64,000 nt of DNA. Origin: a virus. The notes beneath the pieces were generated by a model. It ran no database searches. It was not told where the DNA came from and saw nothing but the letters and a program-made list of their open reading frames with translations. The stretch spans positions 10,059-74,058 of the IMG/VR virus record IMGVR_UViG_3300045257_000207. One strand, 5' to 3'. Positions 27,472 through 37,016 of the stretch are shown here, in pieces. The position numbers were made by a program, and so were the translations under genes. Every line of letters starts with the position of its first letter. Position 1 is the first letter of the stretch.

Positions 27472-28176
27472 TTACGTGTCAACAGTTTTCCAATTATTTG
27501 ATATTATCGGGTGAGTTATGTTATGCGGTTTCGGTATCCCGTGAAAGCAAATGACACTAGCCCCGTTGGGGATGCCAACGATTTCTCTGGGGTTACGATT
27601 CCTGCAACAATGTTTCTTGAAAGACACGAACTTACGCGGAAAGAGAGTTTGAAACCTATCATATTCCCCACCAAGACACTGCTTAATCCACGTTTGATCG
27701 CCGGTAGGAGTATTACGCATCACACTGGTCGGGTCTTCCATGAACTTCTGATAGATGAAGTCATACTCTCCACCGACAAATTTCATAATTCCGCTCCCAA
27801 GATTTTCTGCCACATAAAAGTCTTCAAGAGCCACCAACCGGGTTGTATTCTTTTCAAAAACGAAGTCTAAACTATTAACAATTACCGTATCAAGATCGAG
27901 GAAAAATATGTTACAACGAGCGAAGGTTGGCTGGTTGAACAACTCCATCTTGCTCCACCAGCCGGGTAAATCATCTTTCAGTGGGATCACTTTATCGACA
28001 GACGTATCGAACGCCTGTGTAGTATCTGTTAAGCAGACGAATTCGTAGAGGATGTTAGTTAAATGACGCTTACAAGCCAATGCCAAAACATTAACGTATT
28101 CAACATCATAGGTACTACCACCAGTTTTAAGAACACAGACGACTAGATTTTTTTGTGTTATGAAATTTTGCGACAT
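27472..28176 (-). CDS. GT-A (GT8-like) glycosyltransferase
   Basis: FVCLTD, GWWSKMELF, FLDLDTVI (DxD), SGIM, GDQ, CFHGIPKPH. Confidence 0.85.
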   Translation of the reverse strand: MSQNFITQKNLVVCVLKTGGSTYDVEYVNVLALACKRHLTNILYEFVCLTDTTQAFDTSVDKVIPLKDDLPGWWSKMELFNQPTFARCNIFFLDLDTVIVNSLDFVFEKNTTRLVALEDFYVAENLGSGIMKFVGGEYDFIYQKFMEDPTSVMRNTPTGDQTWIKQCLGGEYDRFQTLFPRKFVSFKKHCCRNRNPREIVGIPNGASVICFHGIPKPHNITHPIISNNWKTVDT

Positions 28177-28745
28177 GGTGTTCCGATATATGTCCCCCGC
28201 TCGTGAATATTCTTAACTACTCCGGCATTCAATCCAATCGTTACATCATCGCAGATAACAAGTTTTTCTTTAGCACACGAGTTCGTCCCGAAATACACGC
28301 GATGCCCGATATCACAATTCCCGGAAATGGCGACATGTGGTGCTGTGGTGAAAAAATCGCCTATAACACAATCATGTCCGATAGTGGTCTGTAGGTTCAG
28401 ATGAGCATGTTTACCGATGATAATGTTGGTGGTCAGTATCGACCCAGCACAAACGATTGAACCTTCCCCGAGAATTAAATCGTCTAGGACGATAACACTG
28501 GGGTGAATGAACGTATCAAAAATAGTGTTCGGTGGTAACCTGTTGACCATAGCTTGGCGTTTGGCAGGATCACCAATTGCCACCAAAACCTTACAGGACG
28601 TGACATCTAAGGATGACAGTGGTTTGGCATCATCGGTGCAATATTCGTCGTCTACATAGAACTCTATGACTCCTGCAACATGATATTTCATGTGGTGGAA
28701 CACTTCACGTCCGAACCCTCCGGCTCCAATAATTGCATGTTTCAT
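28158..28745 (-). CDS. PglD/NeuD-family sugar acetyltransferase (left-handed beta-helix)
   Basis: IIGAGGFGREV, AIGDP..R, IHPS, hexapeptide repeats, IGHD, G.P. Confidence 0.92.
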   Translation of the reverse strand: MKHAIIGAGGFGREVFHHMKYHVAGVIEFYVDDEYCTDDAKPLSSLDVTSCKVLVAIGDPAKRQAMVNRLPPNTIFDTFIHPSVIVLDDLILGEGSIVCAGSILTTNIIIGKHAHLNLQTTIGHDCVIGDFFTTAPHVAISGNCDIGHRVYFGTNSCAKEKLVICDDVTIGLNAGVVKNIHERGTYIGTPCRKIS

Positions 28746-30670
28746 GCGACCTTTCCTTTGTTGGTGATCGTTGCGTGCCACGGTCTACTGTTGACTTCAC
28801 AGTATACATCCAACGCGGCCCCAATATCTAGTTGAGTTACTTTATCTTGATACGTCTTGTGGAATTTGTCGATCAATACCTTGGCAACAAAAGAACAGGC
28901 ATAAAGTACGACCGGTTTATCGAGTTCATCGATTAATAGTTTCGTTCTAGCGTGAATTTCATCGAAATGATTCCACACGGCATCAGGATGAGTTACGACC
29001 AACCTAAGAGGAAAATGTTTGTTCAATTTTGACATATATGCTGGCCCAACGATGATCACGTTGCGACCTTTCAATAGTTCAAAAACCTTCAATAGTGATC
29101 CATCGATAGACATTTTGGCGAAAAGTCCACCATCAAAGACCTGCAATTTTGACATATATGGTAGAATTTGTTCCATCATATACGGCTTTTTCATAACTTC
29201 CGAAGAGATTCCGATAGGGTAGTCAATTGTCGATTGAATGATCGGCATTATATTGGCATCTACAAATTTCTGCCCAGACTCTTTCCATTTTGGAAAATGA
29301 ACATCATATAGTCCATTAGCTTTGATTTTCAGTGCAGCAATCCATTCGCCATCATTGTAACGTGCCAGTGAAAATGGGGTCTGTGTTTCAAGATTAGTGA
29401 AAATGAATTGGTAAATATCAGGTTCGATAATCGAGACTTCACGGCCTATCATTGGGGACGTGCAAGCGGGCTTTAGACGAAAAATAGTGCTTTCGTGGTC
29501 GTACTCTGGACATACTGTCCTGTAGTTGTTCATGCTCCGTCTACTATTAATCTCATCTACAAAATCGAAAATTTTCTGCTGCTGATTTTGATATGAAAAT
29601 ACCTGTACTGAGTGATCTTGGATTTTTTGTGACATTGACAATAGCAAATCCCGATCATCATATAATGTTTTTATGTGTTTAACGATTTGATTGTAACCCT
29701 CTGAAGGTATGATTTGCAACATATCTTCTGTGTATTGGAAATGCTTGTTCGCTCGGTGAACATCGGTCGTAAGTAGTACGACGCCCTGTAGTGCTGCTTC
29801 TATTCCTAATGGCCAACCATTGAGTGCCGCTCCATTTTCTACGTTGATTAGAATGTCTATTTTCTCATGGTAGAAGGAGTCAAGATCAGATTGTGACATC
29901 GGTTTTAGGAATGTCATTGGGAGCAAAGATTTGGTTAAACCTGCGGTGCTTCCGATGAAGACGAATTCGATATCATCGTTCGGGTGAAGTTTTTTGTATG
30001 TCTCAGCAACGGTTGCATATGAATTGCTGCCTTTATGAACACCTTGTCCCATAGTGGCAAAACAAACTCGTAACGTTTTATCATTGCGACGTTTTCTTGA
30101 TATAGTGTGGTGTTGGGGGAGCAAACTGCTACCGTATACATTAACGTAACTTTTTATGCCGTGTTGTCGCACGTCAAATGTGCAAAATGGCTGAGTACAT
30201 ACAACATTAATGTTCTTCGGAAGATCGACTAACGATTTGGGACTGGAGTATCCTCCGCCCGGATACAGGTGAATTATTTGCTTCTCAGGAGGCGCTCTAA
30301 ACTCCGCCTTAAATCTGTTATACGATGAAAGGAAGATGTGGTAGATGGTATCGTATTGTCCAATATTGAAAGTTTCCGACAACGTGTACATGTAACTTTG
30401 GCTACATTTATGATTGAACCTCATACCGTTGATTTTGGTGTTGTATTTGTTTAGATAATTGTATCGCGGGTCAAAAATCAAAATGTTGTATCGATCAAGA
30501 CCATAATATTCTCTCATGATATCATGATCAACCTCATAGCTCACTCCGGCAAAGTAATCGACTTTGCTCACTAAAATATCGGCGTCCCCTGCATCGATAA
30601 ATGCCTTTATCTCTTCAATGCGCCATTTGGCGTATTTGGAAGGAAACAGAACATCATTGATCAAGATCAT
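28742..30670 (-). CDS. Two-domain glycosyltransferase: GT-B (GT4-like) plus GT-D (DUF1792-like)
   Basis: HKG...GWPLGIEAALQG..LTTD; C-terminal domain FSLARYNDGE...IIVGP...LDIGAALD. Confidence 0.78.
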   Translation of the reverse strand: MILINDVLFPSKYAKWRIEEIKAFIDAGDADILVSKVDYFAGVSYEVDHDIMREYYGLDRYNILIFDPRYNYLNKYNTKINGMRFNHKCSQSYMYTLSETFNIGQYDTIYHIFLSSYNRFKAEFRAPPEKQIIHLYPGGGYSSPKSLVDLPKNINVVCTQPFCTFDVRQHGIKSYVNVYGSSLLPQHHTISRKRRNDKTLRVCFATMGQGVHKGSNSYATVAETYKKLHPNDDIEFVFIGSTAGLTKSLLPMTFLKPMSQSDLDSFYHEKIDILINVENGAALNGWPLGIEAALQGVVLLTTDVHRANKHFQYTEDMLQIIPSEGYNQIVKHIKTLYDDRDLLLSMSQKIQDHSVQVFSYQNQQQKIFDFVDEINSRRSMNNYRTVCPEYDHESTIFRLKPACTSPMIGREVSIIEPDIYQFIFTNLETQTPFSLARYNDGEWIAALKIKANGLYDVHFPKWKESGQKFVDANIMPIIQSTIDYPIGISSEVMKKPYMMEQILPYMSKLQVFDGGLFAKMSIDGSLLKVFELLKGRNVIIVGPAYMSKLNKHFPLRLVVTHPDAVWNHFDEIHARTKLLIDELDKPVVLYACSFVAKVLIDKFHKTYQDKVTQLDIGAALDVYCEVNSRPWHATITNKGKVA

Positions 30671-31671
30671 AAATTGTTCTTGTCAATGGCAGCACATATA
30701 AATAAAATCTCATCGCACGTCATGTCTTCATTTAAAGGAAAATTGATGATACGATCATACAGATTCTTTGAGTTGGGGAAATCGGCTAGCGGATTGTAAT
30801 ATTTGTTGGCCTCTATTCCGAGATTTCTAAAGACTGAAGGTTCGATAGGATTCTTGAAAACGACAGGAATATTGCCGTAGAACACATTAGAACTATCATT
30901 GAATAGCTCAGCATTTGTCAAACTATGTCTGAACAAGTCTTGATGGGCTTGATGCCGATCCAGATCATAGCTTTCTAGGTGTTGCAGAATGTACGCAGCG
31001 GCGACATCAGACATTTTGTAGTTCGATGCTGCTACATCATGAGTTCTGGCACCTAAACGGAACCCGAACCCGCACAGAGCTTGCATATCGTCATACATGG
31101 TATCGTCAACAACCATGAAGCCGCCTTCACCGAAACCGAGAAATTTGGTATGATGTAATGAGCCAAATGACGCGTCCCCTAAGAGGCAAATGTTAATACC
31201 ATCCTCGGTTTTGCTCATAAATGATGATGCGTTGTCATAGATGACGATTTTATCAGGAAATTGACTTACGTCAAAATCTACCACGGAGCCGAACAAATTT
31301 GTGATGATGATACCATCCGCATCTTGAATAGCGGTAGCATGTAACGTATATGTTGTTGGATCAATATCCACAACACGCGTATTTGAATGGTTCATCAAAC
31401 AGCTTGGGAAGGTAAATGATGGAGTAACCCATCTTAACGTTCTGCAATTGAGCTTATCGTAATAGGCTATCAAAGCATGTAGAGCGATTGTCCCGTTAGC
31501 TACGCACAAGACACGTTTGTTTGCCGGAAGGCATATCATCTGTCCGATTTTATCTTCCAATAATGCCTTTACTGGCCCGGCATTAGTGTAATGGTTTTTG
31601 CTTTCGCATATGGCTAGAAGTTCGTTAATACGAACGTGATTTATGGACTTGCGCTGAATATACGGAATCAT
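30667..31671 (-). CDS. DegT/DnrJ/EryC1/StrS PLP-dependent nucleotide-sugar aminotransferase
   Basis: NGTIALH, PSFTF, DNASS, SLHHTKFLGFGEGG with PLP Lys, NYKMSD. Confidence 0.92.
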   Translation of the reverse strand: MIPYIQRKSINHVRINELLAICESKNHYTNAGPVKALLEDKIGQMICLPANKRVLCVANGTIALHALIAYYDKLNCRTLRWVTPSFTFPSCLMNHSNTRVVDIDPTTYTLHATAIQDADGIIITNLFGSVVDFDVSQFPDKIVIYDNASSFMSKTEDGINICLLGDASFGSLHHTKFLGFGEGGFMVVDDTMYDDMQALCGFGFRLGARTHDVAASNYKMSDVAAAYILQHLESYDLDRHQAHQDLFRHSLTNAELFNDSSNVFYGNIPVVFKNPIEPSVFRNLGIEANKYYNPLADFPNSKNLYDRIINFPLNEDMTCDEILFICAAIDKNNL

Positions 31672-31679
31672 AAATCACC

Positions 31680-32441
31680 TTATTGGATGTGATATTTATC
31701 ATTCTGATTTCGTATTAGACAGTAATCTTGCTCTGATCCGGGGGAAAACCACGGTCTCGTGCATAATCCGGCCCAACCATCTAGAGTTGCTCCAAAATCG
31801 ATGGCGATCTTCCTGTATGATTTCATTATGACGCCTATATCCTTCCCGTAAAGACTTGCTCCAAACAAGACAATATCGTCTTGGATCAATTTCAAAGAAT
31901 CCAGCATCGTTTCGCGGTGATTGTCAATTTGTGTGTAGGTAACATGAGTCTCTAATAGGCGTTCTATTTCATTATTTTGTAGCTGTTCTACGTTTGGTGA
32001 TATGATATTAACCGACCTACCCTGTAACAGTTGTTTGAAACTGTGAATGTCTCCGAAAAGTCTATTACGGGTTATTTGGTGATCACATACCAACACGGCA
32101 GCGTTCTTGATCTTATCCATCGGAAGCGACCATTTTCGCTCATCGTATTTGAGCTTTTTGCATATGATGTTATTTGGATCGAGTAGTCCAATGATATCTG
32201 AATCCAAAGCAGAAGCCAAAATATTACAAATGTCAGTTCTGACTTTATCGAAATCTCCGGGCCATGCGTAATTCCACAACTGACAGACTTTCTGTTGTAA
32301 TGCTATGGGCACATTATTGTTCAGAAAAAAGATTTCAGCATCACCGAAACGTGTTAAGCAAAACGGCGTTAGTGTTCTAATTCTCTCATGAATTATTTTA
32401 TAAACGTCATGGTCTGATACGGATGGTATGAGATACTTCAT
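31680..32441 (-). CDS. GT-D-fold glycosyltransferase
   Basis: FCLTRFGDAE, SDIIG, LFGA...GK, AIDFGATLD. Confidence 0.72.
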   Translation of the reverse strand: MKYLIPSVSDHDVYKIIHERIRTLTPFCLTRFGDAEIFFLNNNVPIALQQKVCQLWNYAWPGDFDKVRTDICNILASALDSDIIGLLDPNNIICKKLKYDERKWSLPMDKIKNAAVLVCDHQITRNRLFGDIHSFKQLLQGRSVNIISPNVEQLQNNEIERLLETHVTYTQIDNHRETMLDSLKLIQDDIVLFGASLYGKDIGVIMKSYRKIAIDFGATLDGWAGLCTRPWFSPGSEQDYCLIRNQNDKYHIQ

Positions 32442-33211
32442 ATTTTTACAGGAAAGGCTCGCAGAAGTTTCATGTCGTCGAATTTATCCGGGAGGAAATA
32501 GTTCAATTTGATTAATTCATCGAGAGATAGTTTATTATGTATTTGAACAAAGGATTGTTTGGCGTTCTGAGATGCGAAATAGTCGTGGAATTTTATATCA
32601 TCACCTGATAACTTTTCATCAAATTTAACCCATGTAGCGGGAATGTTGTATGCATGTGCAACGATAAGGCCATGGAGGGAGCTACTAACAATACGCTCGC
32701 ATTCGAGCATCTGATCGATGACTTGTGTTACATCTTGATTAATGGTCGAAATGACCTTTACCTCGCCCTCGGGATACCAAGGCGAAACCTGATTGAAATT
32801 GACATAATGAGGTATGATTCCTACTTTGTACTTTTTCGATATCGACGGGGTATACACTCTAGGAAGTAACAGAGCGGGGTCGCCGAAAATATGAGGGCAT
32901 CGTATACCACGAGCCTTAAGGATTTCATATGTCAATGGGCCTCGCACTGCAAGATAGGTCGAATGTAGAGATGCTATGGTGGACTGACTCATACAACCAG
33001 ACCCCCACACCGTTGTCCTTGGAGTGGTTTTCTCGATAATGCTCCCTATGCCTAGCAAGACTTTGCTAGGGTTATCGATAAGAGGGGTGTGTCGTGCGGT
33101 ATACTTGAATAGACGTTTAATCAGCCACGGGGTTAATATGTCACCAAAGTTGCCCGGTAATGGCGTTCTTGACCACCATACATTAATGATTTTGTTGTTG
33201 CTATCAATCAT
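32438..33211 (-). CDS. Polysaccharide pyruvyltransferase (ExoV-like)
   Basis: NFGD, GSII, WGSG, AVRGPLT, GDPALLL, IPHY, SSSLHGLIVAHAY, KFHDY; start revised to MIDSNN. Confidence 0.9.
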   Translation of the reverse strand: MIDSNNKIINVWWSRTPLPGNFGDILTPWLIKRLFKYTARHTPLIDNPSKVLLGIGSIIEKTTPRTTVWGSGCMSQSTIASLHSTYLAVRGPLTYEILKARGIRCPHIFGDPALLLPRVYTPSISKKYKVGIIPHYVNFNQVSPWYPEGEVKVISTINQDVTQVIDQMLECERIVSSSLHGLIVAHAYNIPATWVKFDEKLSGDDIKFHDYFASQNAKQSFVQIHNKLSLDELIKLNYFLPDKFDDMKLLRAFPVKI

Positions 33212-33225
33212 CTTGTCTGGCAACC

Positions 33226-33873
33226 TTATAGGTACTTCTCTACTACTATTTTTGGGAAGCAAAGTAACCGACTTTCAATCGAACAGTTAATGACTTCGAT
33301 ATTTCTATCTGCCAACGGTTTAGCCATCGACTCGATGCATGGTATGAAACTGTTGGTGTAAATATCTCGGTGAACCGGTAAAGTTTGTAAATCGTGCCAA
33401 TGGCTCTTTTTGTTGATATGACACATGTCGAATCCAAGCAAGAGGATACGTTTAGGTTTCATATTTGCAATCAAATTCAACGCATGCGCTCCACTATTGT
33501 TCCCATGCACGTTGTCTCTGTTGTCGTCTAATCCAAATATACCGGTACGTCTAAGGTAAGTACATCCAACGATTCCTTTACTGTGCGCTAACATAGCATC
33601 TGTTACATTGAATCTTGCCATAAATCGACGTTTACATGGATGTCGAACTAGGTTATCATAGTTCTGTGCTGCCCACGGCTCATCACACCAATACAACACA
33701 CTCGCATTAGGTAATTTCAGATATGCAGAATTGATCGCTACTGTCACTTTATCATGGAGCAGACCGAAGTCGAAATTGGTGAGACTAGAACCACCTCCAA
33801 CGATGAACACGTCCTGTTGGAAGGTCAGCTTGAACAGTTTTTCAATTTCTTCACGCATCGACATGGCTCTCAT
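33226..33873 (-). CDS. Maf/DUF115 (MptE-like) putative sugar transferase
   Basis: IVGGGSSL, VAINSAY, WCD, NNSGAHALNL, RILLLGFDM, VINCS. Confidence 0.75.
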   Translation of the reverse strand: MRAMSMREEIEKLFKLTFQQDVFIVGGGSSLTNFDFGLLHDKVTVAINSAYLKLPNASVLYWCDEPWAAQNYDNLVRHPCKRRFMARFNVTDAMLAHSKGIVGCTYLRRTGIFGLDDNRDNVHGNNSGAHALNLIANMKPKRILLLGFDMCHINKKSHWHDLQTLPVHRDIYTNSFIPCIESMAKPLADRNIEVINCSIESRLLCFPKIVVEKYL

Positions 33874-33895
33874 AAATAATCACACCTCTATTTAG
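33871..33895. promoter_or_regulatory. Overlapping divergent late promoters
   Basis: CATAAATA (+) at 33871-33878 and CTAAATA (-) at 33889-33895, the latter heading the glycan operon. Confidence 0.6.
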
Positions 33896-33904
33896 ACAAG
33901 AAAA

Positions 33905-34432
33905 ATGATACCTACCCTGTCACATGAATGTAGTCAGTTCCTTGCCGACTCTAAAGGAAACCCGATCTTGAAGCATTTGCCCATACCGGGACAAGGCTTT
34001 CGAAGAGTAAAGGTACGGCAAAAAAAACATATCGATCAATTCAGTAGCACATTCAGTGAAGCGTTCTATCAAGAGCGCAAAAATCTGTTGCGACGCGCTG
34101 TCATAGCTCGTAACGAAAGCACACTTTTGCCAGCCCCTCCGGGAATGGAACCATTTTACGTGTTTCCTCGTAATGGATTTCGGTTCATGTATTGCCAAAA
34201 CCCGGAAGTAACGACTGAAGCGTACAAGGACATTTTGACTCAGATGATCAAGGCCGTTGGTACCGAATCCGGCCTATCGGTTTTTCATGAAGTAGTCAAA
34301 TATCAATATACTTTTTCTGACTTGGATTGTGGTATCATGAGTGGTGCCGAAGTGATTTTTTATCAAATACCTTGGTATTACGCCATCCGAAAATCATTGG
34401 TACTAGACTACCAAAAATTTATATACACTTAA
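33905..34432 (+). CDS. Hypothetical late protein, possibly degenerate ART fold
   Basis: CSQFL, FYVFPRNGFRF, SGAEVIF pattern. Confidence 0.65.
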   Translation: MIPTLSHECSQFLADSKGNPILKHLPIPGQGFRRVKVRQKKHIDQFSSTFSEAFYQERKNLLRRAVIARNESTLLPAPPGMEPFYVFPRNGFRFMYCQNPEVTTEAYKDILTQMIKAVGTESGLSVFHEVVKYQYTFSDLDCGIMSGAEVIFYQIPWYYAIRKSLVLDYQKFIYT

Positions 34433-34519
34433 CCTGTTGATATCCTTGTCAATTGTCGGTTAAGTGTCTGCGTCGAATAAATAAAAAATAACAAGAAAAT
34501 TTCATAGCGGAGAGAAATA

Positions 34520-36955
34520 ATGGTAAGTAAGTCACTGAATTTTAAGGATATTGTTGTAAAGAAACGCGATGGAACCACGGAACTTTTCAACGCGGATAAG
34601 ATACACAAAATCCTTGAAAGGGCTTGTGACGATATAACCGGAGTTTCGATTTCTGATGTGGTCATGGCAGCACATTTGACCTTCTTCGATGGCATGACAT
34701 CAAAAGAAATCCATGGTGCCGTTACCATGGCAGCAGCAGACCTCATTTCCGAAACGTCACCGAACTATCAGTTCGTTGCAGGACGGTTGCTCAACTTCGA
34801 TTTGCGTAAGACAGCATGGGGTGGAATGAACCCCCCGAACCTCTATGACCACATCGTCAAGATGGTTTCTTTGGGTTTCTACACCGAAGAGCTTCTTACC
34901 ATGTACGATAGCGCCATGTGGCACAAGATGAACGATATCATGGATCATGCACGCGATCTTAAGATGAGTCACATCGGTGTCATGGAATACGCTACTAAAT
35001 ACGCCATACGTGATCGCAGTGAGATAGACTTCACTCCACTGGAGACACCCCAACTTACCTATATGTTGATCGCAGCCATCATGTGCAGCGATACGAAGAA
35101 CATCAAGGATATCAAGAGCTACTACAACGACATTTCCAGTTGGAACATCAGTCTTCCTACTCCCATCATGGCCGGTGTTCGAAGCAAAGTGAAGCAATTC
35201 AGTTCATGCGTATTGCTCGAATGTGGCGATGATCTGAATAGCATAAGCGACAATTCTGCTGCCATTATCAAGTACGTGTCCAAGAAAGCGGGCATTGGAA
35301 TCGGTGCATCCGCAATTCGTGCCGAAGGGTCAAAAGTAGCCGGTGGCGAAATAAAGCATACTGGCGTTATCCCGTTTTTCAGGCTCTTTGAGTCGTCCGT
35401 GAAGTCTTGCTCTCAAGGTGGTGTTCGCGGCGGATCAGCCACGTTATACACCATGTTGTGGCATCTGGAAATGGAAGATATTCTCGTGTTACGCAACAAT
35501 AAGGGCACACCAGACGCACGCGTTCGTAAGATCGATTATGCTATTCAAATCAATAACTTCCTGTACAATCGGCTTGCCACAAATGGAAACATAACCCTAT
35601 TCTCACCAAATGAGGTTCCGGGGTTGCTGGATGCCTTCTTTGCAGACCAAACCAAGTTCGCGGAATTGTATGTGCAGTACGAAAACGATCCAACAATTCG
35701 AAAGAAAACCGTACCTGCCCATGAATTGTTCAGCAAGTTGATGATCGAACGGAAAGACACTGGCCGCATCTACATTTTCAATGTGGACAACGTCAATGAC
35801 CATAGTTCCTTCCTCGAACCCATCAAGATGTCGAACTTGTGCTGTGAAATTACTTTACCTACGGTTGCATTAGGTAGCACCGAAACTCAACAAGAACTCC
35901 ACCACCCACTCGGAGCGTTGGTACGATTAGAAGAACTGTCCAATGATCCGGCAGTCCAAAATGTCAAAGTTGCCAAGATATCAGACGATTTCAATGACTG
36001 TATGCGATTGACTGTACAGCGTGATACATCACGAATTGCGTTATGTACCCTTTCCGCGATCAACCTTGGCAACATTCGCGATCTATCTGACCTCGAAGGA
36101 TGGATGTACAACGCTGTCAAGGCGCTGGACAACCTCCTCACCTATCAGGACTACCCTCTCGTGGCCTCCAGAGAGGCTACACTGGACTATCGTCCTCTGG
36201 GGATAGGTGTCATCAACCTCGCCTATTACCTCGCTAAGAACAACGTCAAGTACGGTGATCCGGAAGCTAATCAGTTGATCCATGATACCTTTGAAGCGAT
36301 TCAATTCTATGGTATCAAGGCATCAATCCGTTTAGCCAAGGAACGCGGGCCGTGTCGTCTGTGGAAAAAAACCAAATATGGTCAGGGCATCTTGCCAATC
36401 GATCATTACAATAAGAATGTTGACCAACTCATTGCGCCAAAGTACAAACTGGATTGGGAATCGCTTCGTCCTGACTTGATCCAATACGGCATCCGCAATG
36501 CAACGATAACGGCATTGATGCCAGCCGAATCCAGCGCCAAGATTAGCAACAGTACAAATGGCATGGAACCTGTGCGAGCGTTGATCACGGTAAAAGGCAA
36601 CAAATCCAATATTTCAAAGCAAGTCGTTCCAGAAATAACGAAACTCAAGAACAAGTACCACATGTTGTGGGACATGGATTCCATGAGCGGTGTCATCAAG
36701 ACTATGGCCATCATCCAGAAATTCGTTGATCAGGCCCTGTCCTCAAACCTCTCATACAATCCGGCACATTGGCCAGAAGGTAAAATTTCATTGTCAGCGA
36801 TGTTGAAAGACCTTCTGCTTTGCAACAAGTTCGGCCTCAAGACTTTGTACTACCACAATACAAACGATCAACGCGACGTTTCAATGGTAGACGTTCAACG
36901 CGAAGTCGTAGAAGAGCCAGTTTTAGAGGAAAGTTGTGAAGCTTGTACGATATGA
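34520..36955 (+). CDS. nrdA: Class Ia ribonucleotide reductase large subunit with ATP cone
   Basis: VVKKRDG, PTPIMAG, QFSSC, SQGGVRGG, SNLCCEI, ALCTLSA, KTLYY, C-terminal CEAC. Confidence 0.98.
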   Translation: MVSKSLNFKDIVVKKRDGTTELFNADKIHKILERACDDITGVSISDVVMAAHLTFFDGMTSKEIHGAVTMAAADLISETSPNYQFVAGRLLNFDLRKTAWGGMNPPNLYDHIVKMVSLGFYTEELLTMYDSAMWHKMNDIMDHARDLKMSHIGVMEYATKYAIRDRSEIDFTPLETPQLTYMLIAAIMCSDTKNIKDIKSYYNDISSWNISLPTPIMAGVRSKVKQFSSCVLLECGDDLNSISDNSAAIIKYVSKKAGIGIGASAIRAEGSKVAGGEIKHTGVIPFFRLFESSVKSCSQGGVRGGSATLYTMLWHLEMEDILVLRNNKGTPDARVRKIDYAIQINNFLYNRLATNGNITLFSPNEVPGLLDAFFADQTKFAELYVQYENDPTIRKKTVPAHELFSKLMIERKDTGRIYIFNVDNVNDHSSFLEPIKMSNLCCEITLPTVALGSTETQQELHHPLGALVRLEELSNDPAVQNVKVAKISDDFNDCMRLTVQRDTSRIALCTLSAINLGNIRDLSDLEGWMYNAVKALDNLLTYQDYPLVASREATLDYRPLGIGVINLAYYLAKNNVKYGDPEANQLIHDTFEAIQFYGIKASIRLAKERGPCRLWKKTKYGQGILPIDHYNKNVDQLIAPKYKLDWESLRPDLIQYGIRNATITALMPAESSAKISNSTNGMEPVRALITVKGNKSNISKQVVPEITKLKNKYHMLWDMDSMSGVIKTMAIIQKFVDQALSSNLSYNPAHWPEGKISLSAMLKDLLLCNKFGLKTLYYHNTNDQRDVSMVDVQREVVEEPVLEESCEACTI

Positions 36956-37016
36956 CATCGTGACAATCGAATGGTGTCATGGTAAGATGGATTCCAACTT
37001 TCCTTTGAGAAAATAA

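Noticed and set aside
27472-33873. Host O-antigen or capsule locus, or a serotype-conversion cassette
   Set aside because: No wzx/wzy/gtrAB or membrane proteins; flanked by lytic-phage genes and headed by a late-type motif.
35840-36050. Intein or intron in nrdA
   Set aside because: Only 45 aa, in frame, with no Cys1...His-Asn termini.
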